From NCBI GenBank assembly GCA_026026165.1, contig JAPEUD010000010.1, forward strand, positions 62,001-126,000: DNA of 64,000 nucleotides, written 5' to 3'. The notes below the pieces were generated by a model that was given only the letters and a program-made list of their open reading frames with translations, was not told the origin of the DNA and did not search any database. Position numbers and translations under genes: made by a program. This document shows, piece after piece, positions 1-13,244 of this stretch (its first letter is position 1; each line of letters begins with the position of its first letter). The stretch is from Sarea resinae. Taxonomy: Eukaryota.

Positions 1-371
1 GAGAGCAACCAGGGAAGCTTTAAGGGATGATACTGCATCCTGAAATAAATTAGAGACATATTGGATTATCGAAGTAGTATGCTCTGTGACGCGCGAGTGT
101 TATGCGAGAGACCCCTTGGGATGCCCCAGCCACGAAGGTCGGTTTTGTCTGGCAGAAATCATCATGGACTTACACTCGCATCGTATTTGGCCCATAGAGC
201 TTTTCTAAGCCGATCAAAGTCTCCCTTCTTCTTGTAGATATGGAGGATACTGTCAATAGCGGAGCGTTTGGAGGCGGAGAGTGGGAGATCCGACGTTTTG
301 AACTTCTTGCGCGGCGGGCCCTCGTCCTCCTGCGACGCAGGCAGGTCCTTTGGAAGCTCTAGGGTCGCCAT
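1..371 (-). CDS. SHG1: COMPASS subunit Shg1-like protein (5' part; runs off the window start)
   Basis: ATG at 371. MATLELP...KKFKTSDLPLSASKRSAIDSILHIYKKKGDFDRLRKALW resembles the COMPASS-Shg1/BOD1 motif (YKKxGxFDxLRK). Intron 173-40 (GTAAGT...CTAAT...CAG); next exon reads DAVSSLKASLVAL. Confidence 0.8.
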
Positions 372-775
372 CGCCGTCAAGGCCAGATCTCGTCTTGCGC
401 CTCAAGATCAACAGTACACTCCGGTGCTGGTTGGGCATAGATGGAAGAGACGATCATCGATTCACGGCCGATCATAAGGAATCGTGACGGGAAGCTCCAC
501 GGTAGCTACAGGTCCAATCCACCGTACTAGCTTTACGGTACGGTGGGGAGACCATAGAGACGTGCGCGTGAGGAGGTCACCGGAGTAGCGAAGGTACGAA
601 GGTACCTCCTTACCTAGCGTAGCCGGACTTCAGGAATCATCACATCAGTCCCTACATGAGCTACTCTCTCTCTCTCTCCTCAGTGTGCATCCGACGACGA
701 TAGCGATACCAAGCAAAAATCCCTCTTAGCTGTTGTTGCATCCTCCCATTATCCCTGATTCTTCATCATACCACA

Positions 776-1147
776 ATGGTTCACAAGATCCTATTCTGGG
801 GCGGCTTCGGTAAGATCTCTCTGGCCTTCAATTCATACCTACCATGGCCCTCTACTAACACGTGCCGTTTCCGTTCAACAGGCCTGGCCGTCCGATTCTG
901 GCAACTCGGCATCGAGATGCGCCCTTTCTTCAACAAGGAGTCGCTTTGGGCATATCCCGTCTTTGCGGCCGCAGGAGGAAGCTTCGGTTACTGGTTGACG
1001 GGCGTGGAAAGCCGACAATTCAAGATCCTGGCCGACAGGAGAGAATCTCTGTTGGATAAGAGAAGACGGAGGGCGCAGCGGGAAGGCGCGGGTACAAGCG
1101 CGCTGGATTCAACCGAGCAAACCGCCATCATCGCCGGCACGTCCTAA
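776..1147 (+). CDS. NADH-ubiquinone oxidoreductase 14-kDa accessory subunit (NDUFC2/B14.5b-like)
   Basis: MVHKILFWGGFGLAVRFWQLGIEMRPFF...GGSFGYWL after removing the 72-nt intron 810-881 (GTAAGA...CTAAC...CAG). Two hydrophobic segments. Confidence 0.85.
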   Translation: MVHKILFWGGFGKISLAFNSYLPWPSTNTCRFRSTGLAVRFWQLGIEMRPFFNKESLWAYPVFAAAGGSFGYWLTGVESRQFKILADRRESLLDKRRRRAQREGAGTSALDSTEQTAIIAGTS

Positions 1148-2467
1148 ATGTTGAAGTAGGGAGGGGAGACATGGGGAATAGGGCGCTTTGCGGAAGACGC
1201 TTCTGCAGGAGGATGTTTCATGCTGGTTCACTTCATCCTGTATACTCACATGGCCGCGGAAGTGTTGTACTCTGCCAATCAATCACAACACCATGATCAC
1301 TCACGCCTTGTTTAGCTTGTCATCCGAACTTTGGACTCAAATAACCATTGATGTGCATCTTTCGAGGATACGCCCCCCTGGTTAATGACGTTGTTCCCCA
1401 TGCGCGCTCAGAAGCATTGACCCACTTGGTTCGACTGATCCAAGAACAATCTTTCAAAAAGCTTCTACGAGCAGGTATATGACTGGCAGAGATGCCGTTC
1501 GTGGCTGAGGCTCATGCATAGCATCCTAAATGCCGAAAGAAGGCACAATCTCCGGTGCCCTTGGAATAGCCTGAAGCGTGCTGACGTAGTACTGTTAAAT
1601 CATCTGAGCTCTGTAGTCGTGTCTGAGCAATCAGCAGACGGATCCATTCTCTATGATCCGAGCTCGAAAATTATATGCAGAGAGGGGGAAGAGTAAATCC
1701 GAACCTATAAGAAACCTCGATCAAATTCGACAAAAATTTGCAAAATGCCCAGACCACTGAGCAATGGCAGTCCTCCGAAAACGCATAGTGAATTTGTCTT
1801 ATCAATTTCTCTTGAAGCGAAAGGCTGCCCGGCCTCAAAAGGCCATCATGGTTGACGATAATGAAATGCTCATTCTGCCGGGGTGTGAGTACGACGTGAA
1901 CACAGTCCTCCGCCGAAGTTGGAGAGAGGGCCGCTTAAAGCTATTTTGCGCAGGCAGATGACACCGAGTATGCCTCTACACCAAGATGACTTTCTGATCG
2001 AATGATGTCCTAAGACGTATTCATATGGGTTTGATCAATTTCATTCACGATGGTCGACCAATTTGCAGGAGTATCGCACCATCGATTCATACTCCATCTA
2101 CACTACCTCCAAGTGTGCAGCATCCGTAGAAAAGATGCACCGCTGTCAATGTCAGTGCGCTCAGTATCATTTCACTGGACAATCAATACTGTGGAATGAG
2201 AGGCGGGCAGTACCAGTTTGATTGACATTGATACCTACCTTACTGAGTACCTCTCAGAAAGGAGCTGAACCTACAAATGCTCTCCTGCGGCAGAGACGCG
2301 TGTAAGATAAGGCTACAAGCCGCGCGCTTAGCGAGACTTTTTGGACTGACGCATCGAGACGTTCAGAGTCACATCGCATAATCTCCGATCTCGACTTCTC
2401 TAGCCCCCACCACACACTCCCGTCACAAACTTCCTAGTCATCTCACGCAGAACTTCTTCAGACCAAG

Positions 2468-4106
2468 ATGTCTTCTGCTCCTGGGATGAAAGAGAAGACT
2501 GAGCCATCAGCCAACGACGTTTCCATCACATCATATTCGTCTAAGCCAGAGGGTGTGACTAAGTCCCCCGCCACGGCGCACGCTCAGCCGGCCCCGCAGA
2601 CAAATGGTGACGCGAAGGTCGCCAAGGACGCGAAAGACGGAAAGGAAGCAAAGCTATCCAACGCAGAGCTAAAGAAGAAGGCGAAGGCGGAGAAAGCGGC
2701 TCGGCGCGAGCGGGAAAAATTAGAAAAGCAAGCAGCCGGTGGAGGGGGAGCAGGTCCGCAGGTGGGGACGCCTGATAAGAAGGGAGACGGATCCAAGGTA
2801 CAGGCACAGGGTGGGAAGGCGGGTCAGAGGAACGAGGCGCAATCTAGCAAAGAGGATGGCAAGGCACAGCGACGGCGGGCGGGGTCGACAACCGCAGAAA
2901 CACAAAGGGGGATTCCGCTTCGAGGGAAGTCGGCCCCGGTTCAGCCATCGAAGCCAAAACCAAAGAAGGACAACAAGCAGGTCGCATTGTTTGGACATCT
3001 GTACGGACAATCGCGGCGAAGATCTATCACTGGCACAGGCAAGGATGTTCATCCAGCCGTACTGGCCTTGGGCTTGCAGATGAGCAACTATGTGATCTGT
3101 GGCAGCAACGCGCGATGCGTCGCAACGCTTCTCGCGCTCAAGAAAGTAAGTCTTTCAAGACCTGCGCATCTGTTTTCTTTTTACATCATCTAAGACGAAA
3201 CTGTCTCCGCAGGTCATCGAATCCTACACCACTCCCCCAGGCAACTCCCTAAGCCGACATCTAACATCCCACCACCTCTCACCCCAAATCGACTACCTCG
3301 TCTCATGCCGCTCCATGTCTATCGCGATGGGCAACGCTATCCGATGGCTCAAGCTTGAGATCAGCAAAGTCGACCCAGACACGCCCGAAGCAACGGCCAA
3401 AGCGGACCTCTGCGACGGCATCGACAACTTCATCCGCGAACGCATCACCGTCGCCGACCAAGTCATCGCCACCAGCGCCGGCGAAAAGATCAAGGATGGC
3501 GACGTTGTCCTCACTTATGCCAAGAGCAGCATCATCCAGCAGACCCTTGTCGATGCCCACCGCAGGGGTATCCGCTTCCGCGTCATCGTCATCGACTCTC
3601 GGCCTCTTTTCGAAGGCAAGCATCTGGCGCGCGCGCTCGCCAACATCGGCCTTGAGGTCCAATACTCGCTGCTTCACGGAGTCAGCCACGCGGTCAAGGA
3701 CGCTACTAAGGTGTTCCTGGGCGCGCATGCCATGATGAGCAACGGGCGTCTGTATTCGCGCGTCGGCACGGCAATGGTGGCCATGACGGCCAACGAGGCC
3801 GACGTCCCCGTCATCGTGTGCTGCGAGAGTCTCAAATTCACGGATCGCGTAACGCTCGACAGCATCGTCAGCAATGAAGTGGCGCCGCCGGACGAGCTGG
3901 TCACGTCGGCGACGACAACGAGTCAGACGGACGGCAAGGAGCGATCGTCTCCGCTGAGCAACTGGCGCGACACCCCTAACCTGCAGCTCCTGAATATCAT
4001 GTACGATGTCACGCCCGCCGAGTACATCAAGATGGTCATCACCGAGTTTGGCTCACTGCCGCCTAGCTCGGTGCCGGTCGTGCATCGGTTGAGTACCAAT
4101 ACTTGA
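2468..4106 (+). CDS. GCD2: Translation initiation factor eIF2B delta subunit
   Basis: Lys/Ala-rich N-terminus, VHPAVLALGLQM, GSNARC, IDSRPLFEG, LGAHAMMSNG, YDVTP. Intron 3146-3212. Confidence 0.95.
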
Positions 4107-4517
4107 ATTTTATGATTGTACCTGCTCACGGCCTTGTTTGCGGAAAAGACAATGTGGACGTAAAGATGAAGATGAAGAGGTAAAGCATATGTACGGCGTT
4201 CCTTGTGTTTTTCTTCTCGGGCCAACGCGCTTATCATTGTATGTTATGTTCGGTCATTTTTCTAGATGCATGCATAATCTCGGGAGAGGAAGAGAAGATA
4301 AGTGGACGAATCAAGGGGAAGATAAGAGAAGAAAAGTGCGCACGTAACGTGCGAATTGCAAAGAAGTGCTGCGCGCCCAAGCTCTCGGCTTTTGCTCTAT
4401 TTCATGAAACTCATCAAGGCTCGTGAAAGACAATTATTAGAACGAAGAAACATTTCGACAGCGGATTCGAAGACCTGATCCGCGTCCCTCACCACATATC
4501 CACTCCGAGAATGAAGT

Positions 4518-5712
4518 TCAGCTCGCCGGCGCCGCAGTAGTCTCGCTCTGTACCTTTTCCAATTCTGCAAGGCTTGGGTGGTTCGCGCCTCTGAGGTAGG
4601 CCTCGTATTCTCCAATCTTCTTCCCTCCACTGACCCATCTATCTTGGAACTCTTTTCTTCTTTCGCTGGCCAGCTGGACGAGGGCGGGCCAGTATGCGCT
4701 GTGGTCGTATACGAATTCCACATCACCGCCGTAGGTGTTGATGAGTTGACTTGGCGGGATATGCTCTCGAAGATTCTCGTTGAACTTGAGCTTCTCTCGG
4801 GTCAAAGGATCGATGAACGGCGTGATCAGCTTGAAAAAGCCCCAGACGGCCCACGGGACTAATCGCTAATCAGTACAGCCCTTCCGTTGGCAAGATATAT
4901 ATCGGCTCCTATGACTCACCATTGATGACTAGAGCCCTGCCTAATCTCTCGGGATAATGATTCTGTAGAATGCTCAAAGTCTGTCTGCCCTGTCCCACGC
5001 TCGGATTGCTCCCACTGGTGCTCTCCTTGAAGTTGACCAGCAGACTCAGCGTCTCCTGCCCCGGCACCATCAGATCAATGACCCGCTCGAGCATGAAGAC
5101 CAGATGTTGGATCTGCCGTTCACTCTTCTGGGTGTTCTGCTTCCCGGGGTTCAGATAGAGACATGGCCGCGCCGCGTTGTCGTAGCCCAAGATCACCTGC
5201 TTGCCGGTCTCGTTCTCGACCGAGATGTACTCGGGCGTATGCTCCTTGATGCCGTACTCGCGACGCCAGGTCAGGGTGGCAAGGATACGCTTCGGCGCCT
5301 CATGGACGTTCCATTTCACGGCGCGGAGGTATCGCAGCAGACAGTCACGCGTCAGCCACATGCGCTCGTCCTCGGTCAAGGGCGCCTCGGGGCTGTTCTT
5401 GGCGGCGGTGGTGGGGATCTCGGTCCAGGCCGAGACGGTGGAGAGGAGTTCCGCATATTTGGCCTCCTGGTCCGCGGTGAGTTTTGGAGGGTCGGTGGGC
5501 TGTGCGTTGGCTGCGGGGTGCTGGAAGGGAACCTTGACGGGGCCCGAGGGTGGCGGGGCCGGCACGGAAGCGGTAGTTTTGGAGTCGTTTGCTCCGTCCA
5601 GAGACGAGATACTGGACGTTGTTTCTTTCTGAGTCACGGCCGAGCCGTTCTGCACCTTGGAGGGCTCTGCAAGATCGGTCTGGGCCAGTGGGGGTTCTGT
5701 GTCGGCGGACAT
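4518..5712 (-). CDS. PDR16: Sec14-family CRAL-TRIO lipid transfer protein (Pdr16/Pdr17-like)
   Basis: WLTRDCLLRYLRAVKW, ENETGKQVILGYD, LQNHYPERLG, PFIDPLTREKLKF. Intron 4919-4859. Confidence 0.9.
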
Positions 5713-6473
5713 GACGGGCAGTTGTGTTCTTGTGGATTTGGTGGTTCTGGGAATTTTCTGGCCGGGGATGGGAATTGTTTTGCAGAGAAAAGATACGGGA
5801 TAGGTACGAGGGGCGGGATCTGATTATTAAGGTAAGGTCGCTTTTCCGTCGGTGAAGGCGGTGAGAGCGATTGATCAAGGTCGGTTGATATCGCAGGCCG
5901 GAAGGTCTTGATCCGAGATGCGCGGACTAATGTACTACGTAGTAGACTAGGAACCCGGACGGCAGGGGAAACGGGAGAGAGGGAAGAAGGGAAAAGGGGA
6001 AAACGGGAAAACGGGAAAGGGGGAAAAGGGGAAAATGCAGTGAAAGGCAAAGGAAGGAAAAGCAAGGGGCGTGACGGGGGGGAAGAGGGGTCGATTAAAT
6101 GCAACAACATGTCAGACACAATGGGCCATGATCAATCCATTGGATCTCTCATCATCACTCCCGTCTCATCTCGAGCATCTGGAGGTGGTGAGCGTCATCT
6201 CCATCATCTCAGTCAGCAGTAGAACGAGTACATCCCAGGTACCCGGATCGTGACAGGCGACGGGGCTGTGCGCAGAGACGATCAGGAACGACCTGTGGGG
6301 TACTTGGGTGCTGAGTACTTCACAAGGAGCGGGAGTCAGGTACCTGTCAGCTTATACAGGGTGTAAACTACCTTGTGGTGCTAACAGATATGGGCCAAAG
6401 GCGAGAGTACTGGAGACTCGTCGCTATCGTCCTATACCCCATACTATGTACTCAAAGTACGCGAGCGGACTCG

Positions 6474-6479
6474 ACGCGT
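6474..6479. promoter_or_regulatory. MCB element (ACGCGT) upstream of POL12, with nearby CGCG half-sites
   Basis: ACGCGT ~160 bp upstream of the POL12 ATG, plus CGCGCGTC and TCGCGTC just downstream. POL12 is a classical MBF target in yeasts. Confidence 0.55.
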
Positions 6480-6637
6480 CTTCTCTCTCTCTCTCTCCAT
6501 CGCGCGTCGCACTTTATTCAGGTCGCGTCTTCCTCGTGGAGACACACTCTGTATCAACTTGACCTCTAGCTGATTAGCATACAAGGCCGGACAGACCACC
6601 TCAGACAACATCATCGTCACACGCTGGATTTTGCAAG

Positions 6638-8818
6638 ATGGCCGGCGATGCACTCACGGAGGAGCTCAATGCCTTCTTCGCGGCCCCTGACTCCACCGGC
6701 CTTGCCCCCGAGATCCTGGCAGAGCTCCAGTCCATCCTCCGTCTCCATTCCACCACTCCCCAGGAGCTGTTCTACAAATGGGAGTCCTACAGCATGAAGA
6801 TGGGCGATGAGACGAAGCTCGATCTCGACACCGCCAGAGCCTTCAAGAAGGATCTTCAAGAATTATTGGAGAGGGAGAGTCGAGGCAAGCCACATGTGCG
6901 AGGCGGGGAGAAGAGAGTGGCGCCAAGTGCAACCCCGCGGAATATCTCGAATAGTGGCGATATCTTTGGGATGTGTGTTCTCCCACGCGCCCTAACGCTT
7001 GCCTTGCTGACTGTGTCTCGAGGCTGGATGGCCTGGTTCCCAACACTCCGCGAACGGGCCAAACGAACACATCAAACGGGAGCACCGTCAAGCGCAAGGC
7101 AGCTTTCGAGACCCCCTCCGTCTCCAAAGTCAGCAAGACGATTACGAGAAGATCTCCGACGGAGCCCAAAACTCCATACCAAACCAAGGAGCAGAATGGC
7201 GATCCGCTACAGTAGGTACTGTTCGCGTGACATATGGACCTCATGACTGATAACTACAGGGCGGTCCCGTTCGCAGAGCGGCCCAATGCTGGACAGACGA
7301 TGGAGACACTGAACGAGCAACTTCCTATTCAGGAGCCTCCCATAGTGCCACCGGCAGAGTCACGCATCAAGCTAACTGCAAACACGGATCTCAAGAAGTT
7401 TTCGTATCGGCCCATGGCGATGCACCTGTCAGAAGCCTCCGAAGTTCTCGATGATCGTATAGACGAGTTCATGGGCCTTGTTCAGGCACACCATGGCCTC
7501 GAAGACTCCGCCTTTGGCAATCCATCCAGCCAGAGCACAAGCGAGATTGTTGCTGTGGGAAGGATAGCGTCAGATGCTCTCGAAGGCAAACTGAACGCCG
7601 CATCTGCCGTCTTGGAGACGTCAAGGCGCATGGGTGCTGGACTTCGAGTTCCTTTAAAGCTGGAGTCTGTCCCGAGTTACGCCTTTTATCCTGGCCAGAT
7701 TGTGGCCCTTCGTGGGACGAACGCCTCGGGAGATTATTTTTCTGTTAGTGACGTCCTCGACATTCCCTTGTTGCCCATGGCTGCTAGCCTTCCACCTGCT
7801 TTGGGAGCGCATAACGCTCGACTTCGTGGTGGGGATGATGGTGAAGATGATGATTCTAGCCCTTCGCGTCCTCTCAACATCCTTTTAGCCTCCGGTCCAT
7901 ATACCACCAGTGACAGCCTGGCTTTCGATTCTTTGCACGAGCTCTGCGAACAGGCGAAAAACTCCAGCTGTGATTCGTTATTGCTCATGGGCCCATTTCT
8001 TGATGTGGAGAATCCTCTTCTTGCTTCTGGGGACTTTGATCTTCCGGATGAGGCAAAGATCGAGCCAGATCGGGCTACCATTACCGATGCCTTTCGTGTT
8101 TTCATAGGAGCTCCCCTGAGGCGTCTGGCAGAAGCTGTCCCTAGCATCACCATAATTCTCATGCCTTCAGTGCGGGATGCCATCAGCAAGCATGTTTCTT
8201 GGCCGCAGGAACCTTTCCCCAAAAAGGAGCTTGGCCTTCCAAGGCAAGCCAGGGTTGTCTCTAATCCGGTGACTATATCAATGAACGAGATAGTGGTGGG
8301 AATGTCTGCGCAAGATGTTCTCAACGAAATGGGGCGGCAGGAGGTTACGGGTGGCCGACTCCGAGAGCCAAACGCTCTGGCCCGACTTCCCCACCATCTG
8401 ATCGAGCAAAGACACTTCTTCCCCCTGTTCCCGCCAGAATCAAGACACAGTCTCCCCAGGACGGCGAATGGCGACCTTGCCACTGGCGCAATGCTGGATA
8501 CTAGCTATCTGAAGTTGGGTGAATGGCTCAATGTACGACCAGATATACTGATCACCCCGAGTGTTCTGACTCCCTTCGCAAAGGTATATGGCCCCTGAAA
8601 GTGACACCACCAGTGAGCTATGCTGACTATCTGCCGACTAGGTCGTCGAAAGCGTGCTGGTGGTTAATCCAGGAACTCTTTCGAAGCGCAAAGGGGCGGG
8701 TACCTATGCGCAACTAACCATCTATCCTCTAAAACCAACGGAGGAAGGAGAAGCCGAGGGTAAAGCAATACCGCATAGATTGTTCGAACGTGGGAGGGTA
8801 GACATCATAAGAATATGA
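6638..8818 (+). CDS. POL12: DNA polymerase alpha/primase subunit B
   Basis: ELFYKWESY, VAVGRIASD, ETSRRMGAGLRVPL, ASGPYT, LLMGPFLD, PDILITPS, NPGTLSK, ending VDIIRI*. Three introns (~6973-7022, ~7212-7259, ~8584-8642). Confidence 0.95.
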
Positions 8819-9045
8819 TTGTTCGCCGGATCATTATACCAAGCATGGCGTTTTGTGGGACGAGAGCCTGGGGTCTAGGGTATCTGATGTTATCACGCAA
8901 GGAAACTAAGAAAATTTAGAGCGTGTAACAAACGCTAACATGTAACTCCTGCTTTGTGCCTGAAAATAGTGATCTCAATGCCCTCAATACCTCGTGTCAA
9001 TCATTACGGAAAATTCAAAAGAAGTGCCATACTGGGATACGATCG

Positions 9046-9501
9046 TCATCTGGGCATCCTACTGCTGCCAATCTCTTTTCCCTTGCCGAGCATGACCCTC
9101 TCCTTGGGACCCTGCCGCATCAGCTCTTCTAACCCCAGATCCTTCCAGGCTGGTTCACGCATCTTCTGCGTGGCACGCTGGATGCCGAATGCAGCGTGCT
9201 GGTCCGGCACGACATCATCCTCGTCTTCTGGATTTATGGGCTGGTACTGCGGGGGCACGTATATCTCTTCGAGGGGCAGCTTTTCGCGACAGAAATCCTG
9301 ATTCGTCGTTGAGTGAGCTGGAGTCTTTTGCTTCGATGGGCTTTGATACCTACCTCGAAGAGATCAGCCACCCGCGGCTGGTTTAGGTGGATGTAGGTTC
9401 GTGATGAGTCTTTGGACTGTGGTTGTGGTGGAAATTAGTGAACCCTCTTTCAATGGACAAATTTTGCGCCTATAATGAGGAGCATTATTTGATCTTACCA
9501 T
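9046..9501 (-). CDS. APC13: Anaphase-promoting complex subunit Apc13/Swm1
   Basis: Spliced product M|SKDSSRTYIHLNQPRVADLFE|DFCREKLPLEEIYVPPQYQPINPEDEDDVVPDQHAAFGIQ...WKDLGL. Exon 1 is the ATG only (9501-9499). Introns 9498-9417 and 9353-9298 have canonical signals. Confidence 0.85.
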
Positions 9502-9704
9502 GATGGCTTTGACTTTGATGACAATTCGATGATTCTTTGAATGAGAAGCTGCCCGTCATGCTATGGATGAGGTCCAGCGGTGGTAAAGCCGACCAGATCA
9601 TGGATTGTTGACATCAGATCTGCATCAATGGATCGCGAAGAATGCCCTACCCAATGGCTGCATTTACTGGTTCTATCAAGACCCGTACATACGCCCTCGC
9701 TTGA

Positions 9705-9713
9705 TTAGGGCTA
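9705..9713 (+). promoter_or_regulatory. Tbf1-type ribosomal-protein promoter element TTAGGGCTA
   Basis: Exact TTAGGGCTA upstream of RPS29, with further AAGCCCT copies at ~9739 and ~9807. Tbf1 is the established RP-gene regulator in Candida albicans. Confidence 0.6.
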
Positions 9714-9882
9714 CCACTCAATTACCCACACAACCACAAAGCCCTCTCCCGCCAAGCCCCGTAGCCGAGAGAGTCGCCAGTGGGAAAATCGACTATCGCG
9801 AACTTGAAGCCCTACGACAGACGAACGACAAGACGACCAACGATCCCCATCACACGAACGACCAGCGGTTCTAGAATACCTC

Positions 9883-10003
9883 GTGAGTATTTCTTTTCCA
9901 AGCTCGACTCGAGGAAAAAGTGCTGCGTGGCTTTTGTGGTAGCTGTTCCACGAGGGAAAACGGCAAGGGCGCAAGTTGCTGATTGGCTTTTGGCAACGTA
10001 CAG
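9883..10003 (+). other. Probable 5'-UTR intron of RPS29
   Basis: GTGAGT donor, CTGAT branch at 9979, CAG acceptor 12 nt before the ATG. Confidence 0.6.
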
Positions 10004-10015
10004 ACATCCACAATC

Positions 10016-10524
10016 ATGGCTCACGAGACCGTCTGGTATTCTCGTCCTCGGACATACGGCAAGGGTGCCAGAGGCTGGTATGTGTTATTTCTTTGGTGGA
10101 TTCTTTGGCTAGAAGGAAGGATTTAAAGGATAGGAAGCACGACAACGACGAGGAAGAAGGCTACACTTTGGAGATTTGTTAGAATTCTTGGAGAGACAAG
10201 ACTGACTGTCTCTGCTTCACCAGCCGCGTCTGCACCCACAAGGCCGGTCTTATCCGAAAGTACGGCCTCAACATCTGCCGTCAATGCTTCCGGGAAAAGT
10301 CCACCGACATCGGTTTCATTAAGGTAAGGGAGTTTGACCATGCTTCACGTTTATCCCGCGCACTCCACAAATGTCCTCGTCGCACGGTCGGTCGACCGCC
10401 TTTGTCGTGGCTGCAGCTCTGGGGAGAGGCGAACCCGGCTTTCTGTCACCATTCGCTCGTCATGACGTTTCATACACAATGGAATCTAGAGCTGACATTT
10501 TCGATCCTCATACAGCACCGGTAA
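10016..10524 (+). CDS. RPS29: 40S ribosomal protein S29 (uS14)
   Basis: [56 protein letters not shown]. Exons 10016-10077, 10224-10323, 10516-10524. Missed by the ORF track. Confidence 0.97.
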
Positions 10525-11372
10525 ATGCGCGTTGTTTAGAGGTGTTTCTGGTCAATCGGTAGATGAGGGATTGGAGACGATAAGGGTGGAGATTTTGTCT
10601 GGGGCCATGGGGTGAAGCAGGACAGAGGAAGGCGGAGGAAGGAAAACAATCTTCGGTTGAAATGCGGATACGCAATGTCGTTCCCGGCCCTCTAGTTTCG
10701 GAATGACACCTTTCACAAACACTCCTTTTTCGTCGGGGAAACCATGCCTGTGTGATCTATGATTCGGTCGGGAACGTCAATGTCGACTCTTGTCCGGCCT
10801 GTCTCTCCAAGTGCTGCCTAGCAGAATCCCGATCTCAGAGTCTGCTCTGATTAGCTGGGATTGACGTCCATTCAAAATGAATGCCTCTGCCCTTTTGCTA
10901 CAAAAGCACTCCCCAGATGACGCGGAAGTGACCAAAATGATATACTTTTCTTATCGATGACCCTTCCAGATGAGACGGTACGTCGTGGCTCTTTCTCCGG
11001 GTGGCCTGTCTTGATAGTGATATTCTCTGGAATTGATCTCGAGCTACGTACCTGTTCACTTAATCCTACGAAGTACCCGTATTCACAAAACACGTAATCT
11101 GCTACGAGTAGTACGAAGGACCTGAAGCTCTTAGATGTGTTAATCCTCCTCGACTGCCCGCATCTACTGCAGTAGGTAGGATCATCCATCTGATCCGCGC
11201 GGATAGGTACTTCGTGGCTGTACCCACCGCTCAAGTGTGATCGGCGCGAACCCTGTCGGTAGAACCGTCAGTTCGCGTATCGTATCGTACCTGAATTTCT
11301 CTACCCGACTCCAGCTCCAGGCGACACTGATAAGCAATATAAAATCTTCCGCTGCGGGAGGATCTAGTCTCA

Positions 11373-12951
11373 ATGCCTCACTTTGTCATAAAGCCGTGGC
11401 GAGACGACTTCGAATTGCTCAAAGTGCGCTCACAATTCTACCCTCCAACCAATGCCGTAAACGACGAGCGACGCCATGCCGTCGATATGGTACAGCACTC
11501 CGAAATGCGCCTTAGGATCGCATGCAAGCTGACAGGTTCAGGTTGGAGCATGGAAGCTCCGGGGAAGTCTCCCTCACAAAGTGGAATCGACCGCTCTCCT
11601 AATTGATGCGATTCTCAATGATGAGAAGCTCGGCGCATCTGCATACTCCATCCGCTCGACCTATTCTACGGCTTTTTGTCGGTAGGGCAATATACAGTAG
11701 TTTCTCGAAGCACTTGCACTTACGCTGTCGCTTTAGATTTGTTACGGGGCTCGTGGACTCGGAGCAGAACAGCACGAGAAAAATACCCATGTGGGAGAAC
11801 GCCAAAAAGATCGGATTGCCCGTTTCGTTTGTTGACTTGCGCCATCAAGCCACCCACGAAGATCTTCCACCTCTGTTGGTCCTTCAGCAAGCTGCCAGAA
11901 GATCGGTCCAGTGGCTTTGGGACAGTTACTGGAAAGACCTTGAATATCGCATTGGGGCCTTGAATATCGATGACGCATTCGCGAATGGTGTGTCGAGCCT
12001 GCAGGAGCAGTTTCGTGAGATCCTGCGTCCATATCTAAAGAGCCGCCTTGAACGGATCAAGATGGGCAAGCCGATGGCCAAAGCAGCAGCAGAACTCGAC
12101 AGCGCTTCCGATGAGGCATGCCAGAAATGTGTCAAAATATGCAAAGATAAAGAACAGACCCTGATGATTCTAGCTGGAGTTTTACTCGAAACGAGATTTC
12201 TTGTTCCAGCCAACAGAAAGTAAGTGGTCATATGGACTTTTGCATCTGTTCAAGCCAGAAATTGACTTTTTATAGATTAGGTGCGAGTATGGATGGCATT
12301 TTCGTTATGTGGGAAGACCTCCTGAAAAGGCTGACTAACCACCAACACCGATTTCTCCGTATCTTGGTTGAGGAAATGACAATAAAGCTTGTCCAACCTT
12401 CGCAGCTGGATGTACAGTTTGACGCATACCGCCAGGCCGTCTACATGTGGGTCATCAGAATATTAAAGTCCGAAGAATGGGCCCTCAGAAGAAGGAGATA
12501 CTACCGAGATCAAAGCGGAGTCATCTCCACCTGCATCATGGGGCCGAATTTCTGGAGTCGGGATCTCGCCAGATCGCTAGTTGAAGCTGGTGATGAAGTG
12601 CTCAAGGAGCAATGGGATGAGCTGGTCGGAGTACCAATGAAGAAGCACGGTAGTTCTCGGAGGAGCTCTAGTGACGGTACGATTAGTTCGGAGATAGCCA
12701 GGGCGCGCGAGGAAGCAGATGAGCTCAATAGAGTTTTGGCAAACGCGCTGAATAGCGAAGCCTCTTCAGATGAGTCGGAAGATAGTGCCGACGCACGCGT
12801 GGGCGTGGAGCGTAACATCTCATATGGTCGGGGAACGAGCCTCTACCAGGATGAGATCGATGATCAGGATGAATCCGATATATCCCTTTCCGAGTATGGG
12901 TGGAGTAAGTGGAAGGGCCCTTGGGCTTCAAAGCCAATTGGTCTGTTATGA
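11373..12951 (+). CDS. LAS1: Las1-family HEPN endoribonuclease (pre-rRNA ITS2 processing)
   Basis: PW...F-Y N-terminus, AWKLRGSLPHKVESTALL, RFVTGLVD, IGLPVSFVDLRHQATH (HEPN RxxxxH), WLWDSYW, C-terminal W..KPIG. Three introns. Confidence 0.92.
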
Positions 12952-13224
12952 TAACGGTCCAGCGTCAGACGAGGATTCACGGCGAGTTGGCGTAAAGGCA
13001 GTCATCTTGAGCAGCTAGTTTTTAGATATGATTTCATCTTCTACAATTGCATGATATCCACGAAAGCACTGAACAGGAATGTAGAATTATCATCATGTCG
13101 TTGCTATAGTAGTGCACTACTCGAGAGCGACGAGTGCTGCATACTCAGCTCATGTGCTCGTGGTGAATATGACAGAGGGTATATCAGAATGAATAAGACG
13201 AACATATTTCAACGAAGGCTAGTC

Positions 13225-13236
13225 TGGCCTAGGCGG
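13225..13236 (+). promoter_or_regulatory. Pol III A-box-like element (TGGCCTAGGCGG)
   Basis: Fits TRGYnnAnnnGG and lies just upstream of the structured element. Confidence 0.45.
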
Positions 13237-13244
13237 TAGGGGTG

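Noticed and set aside
1150..2200. Short ORFs between the complex I subunit and GCD2 as a gene or transposon relic
   Set aside because: No recognisable motifs, terminal repeats or RIP-like AT-rich signature.
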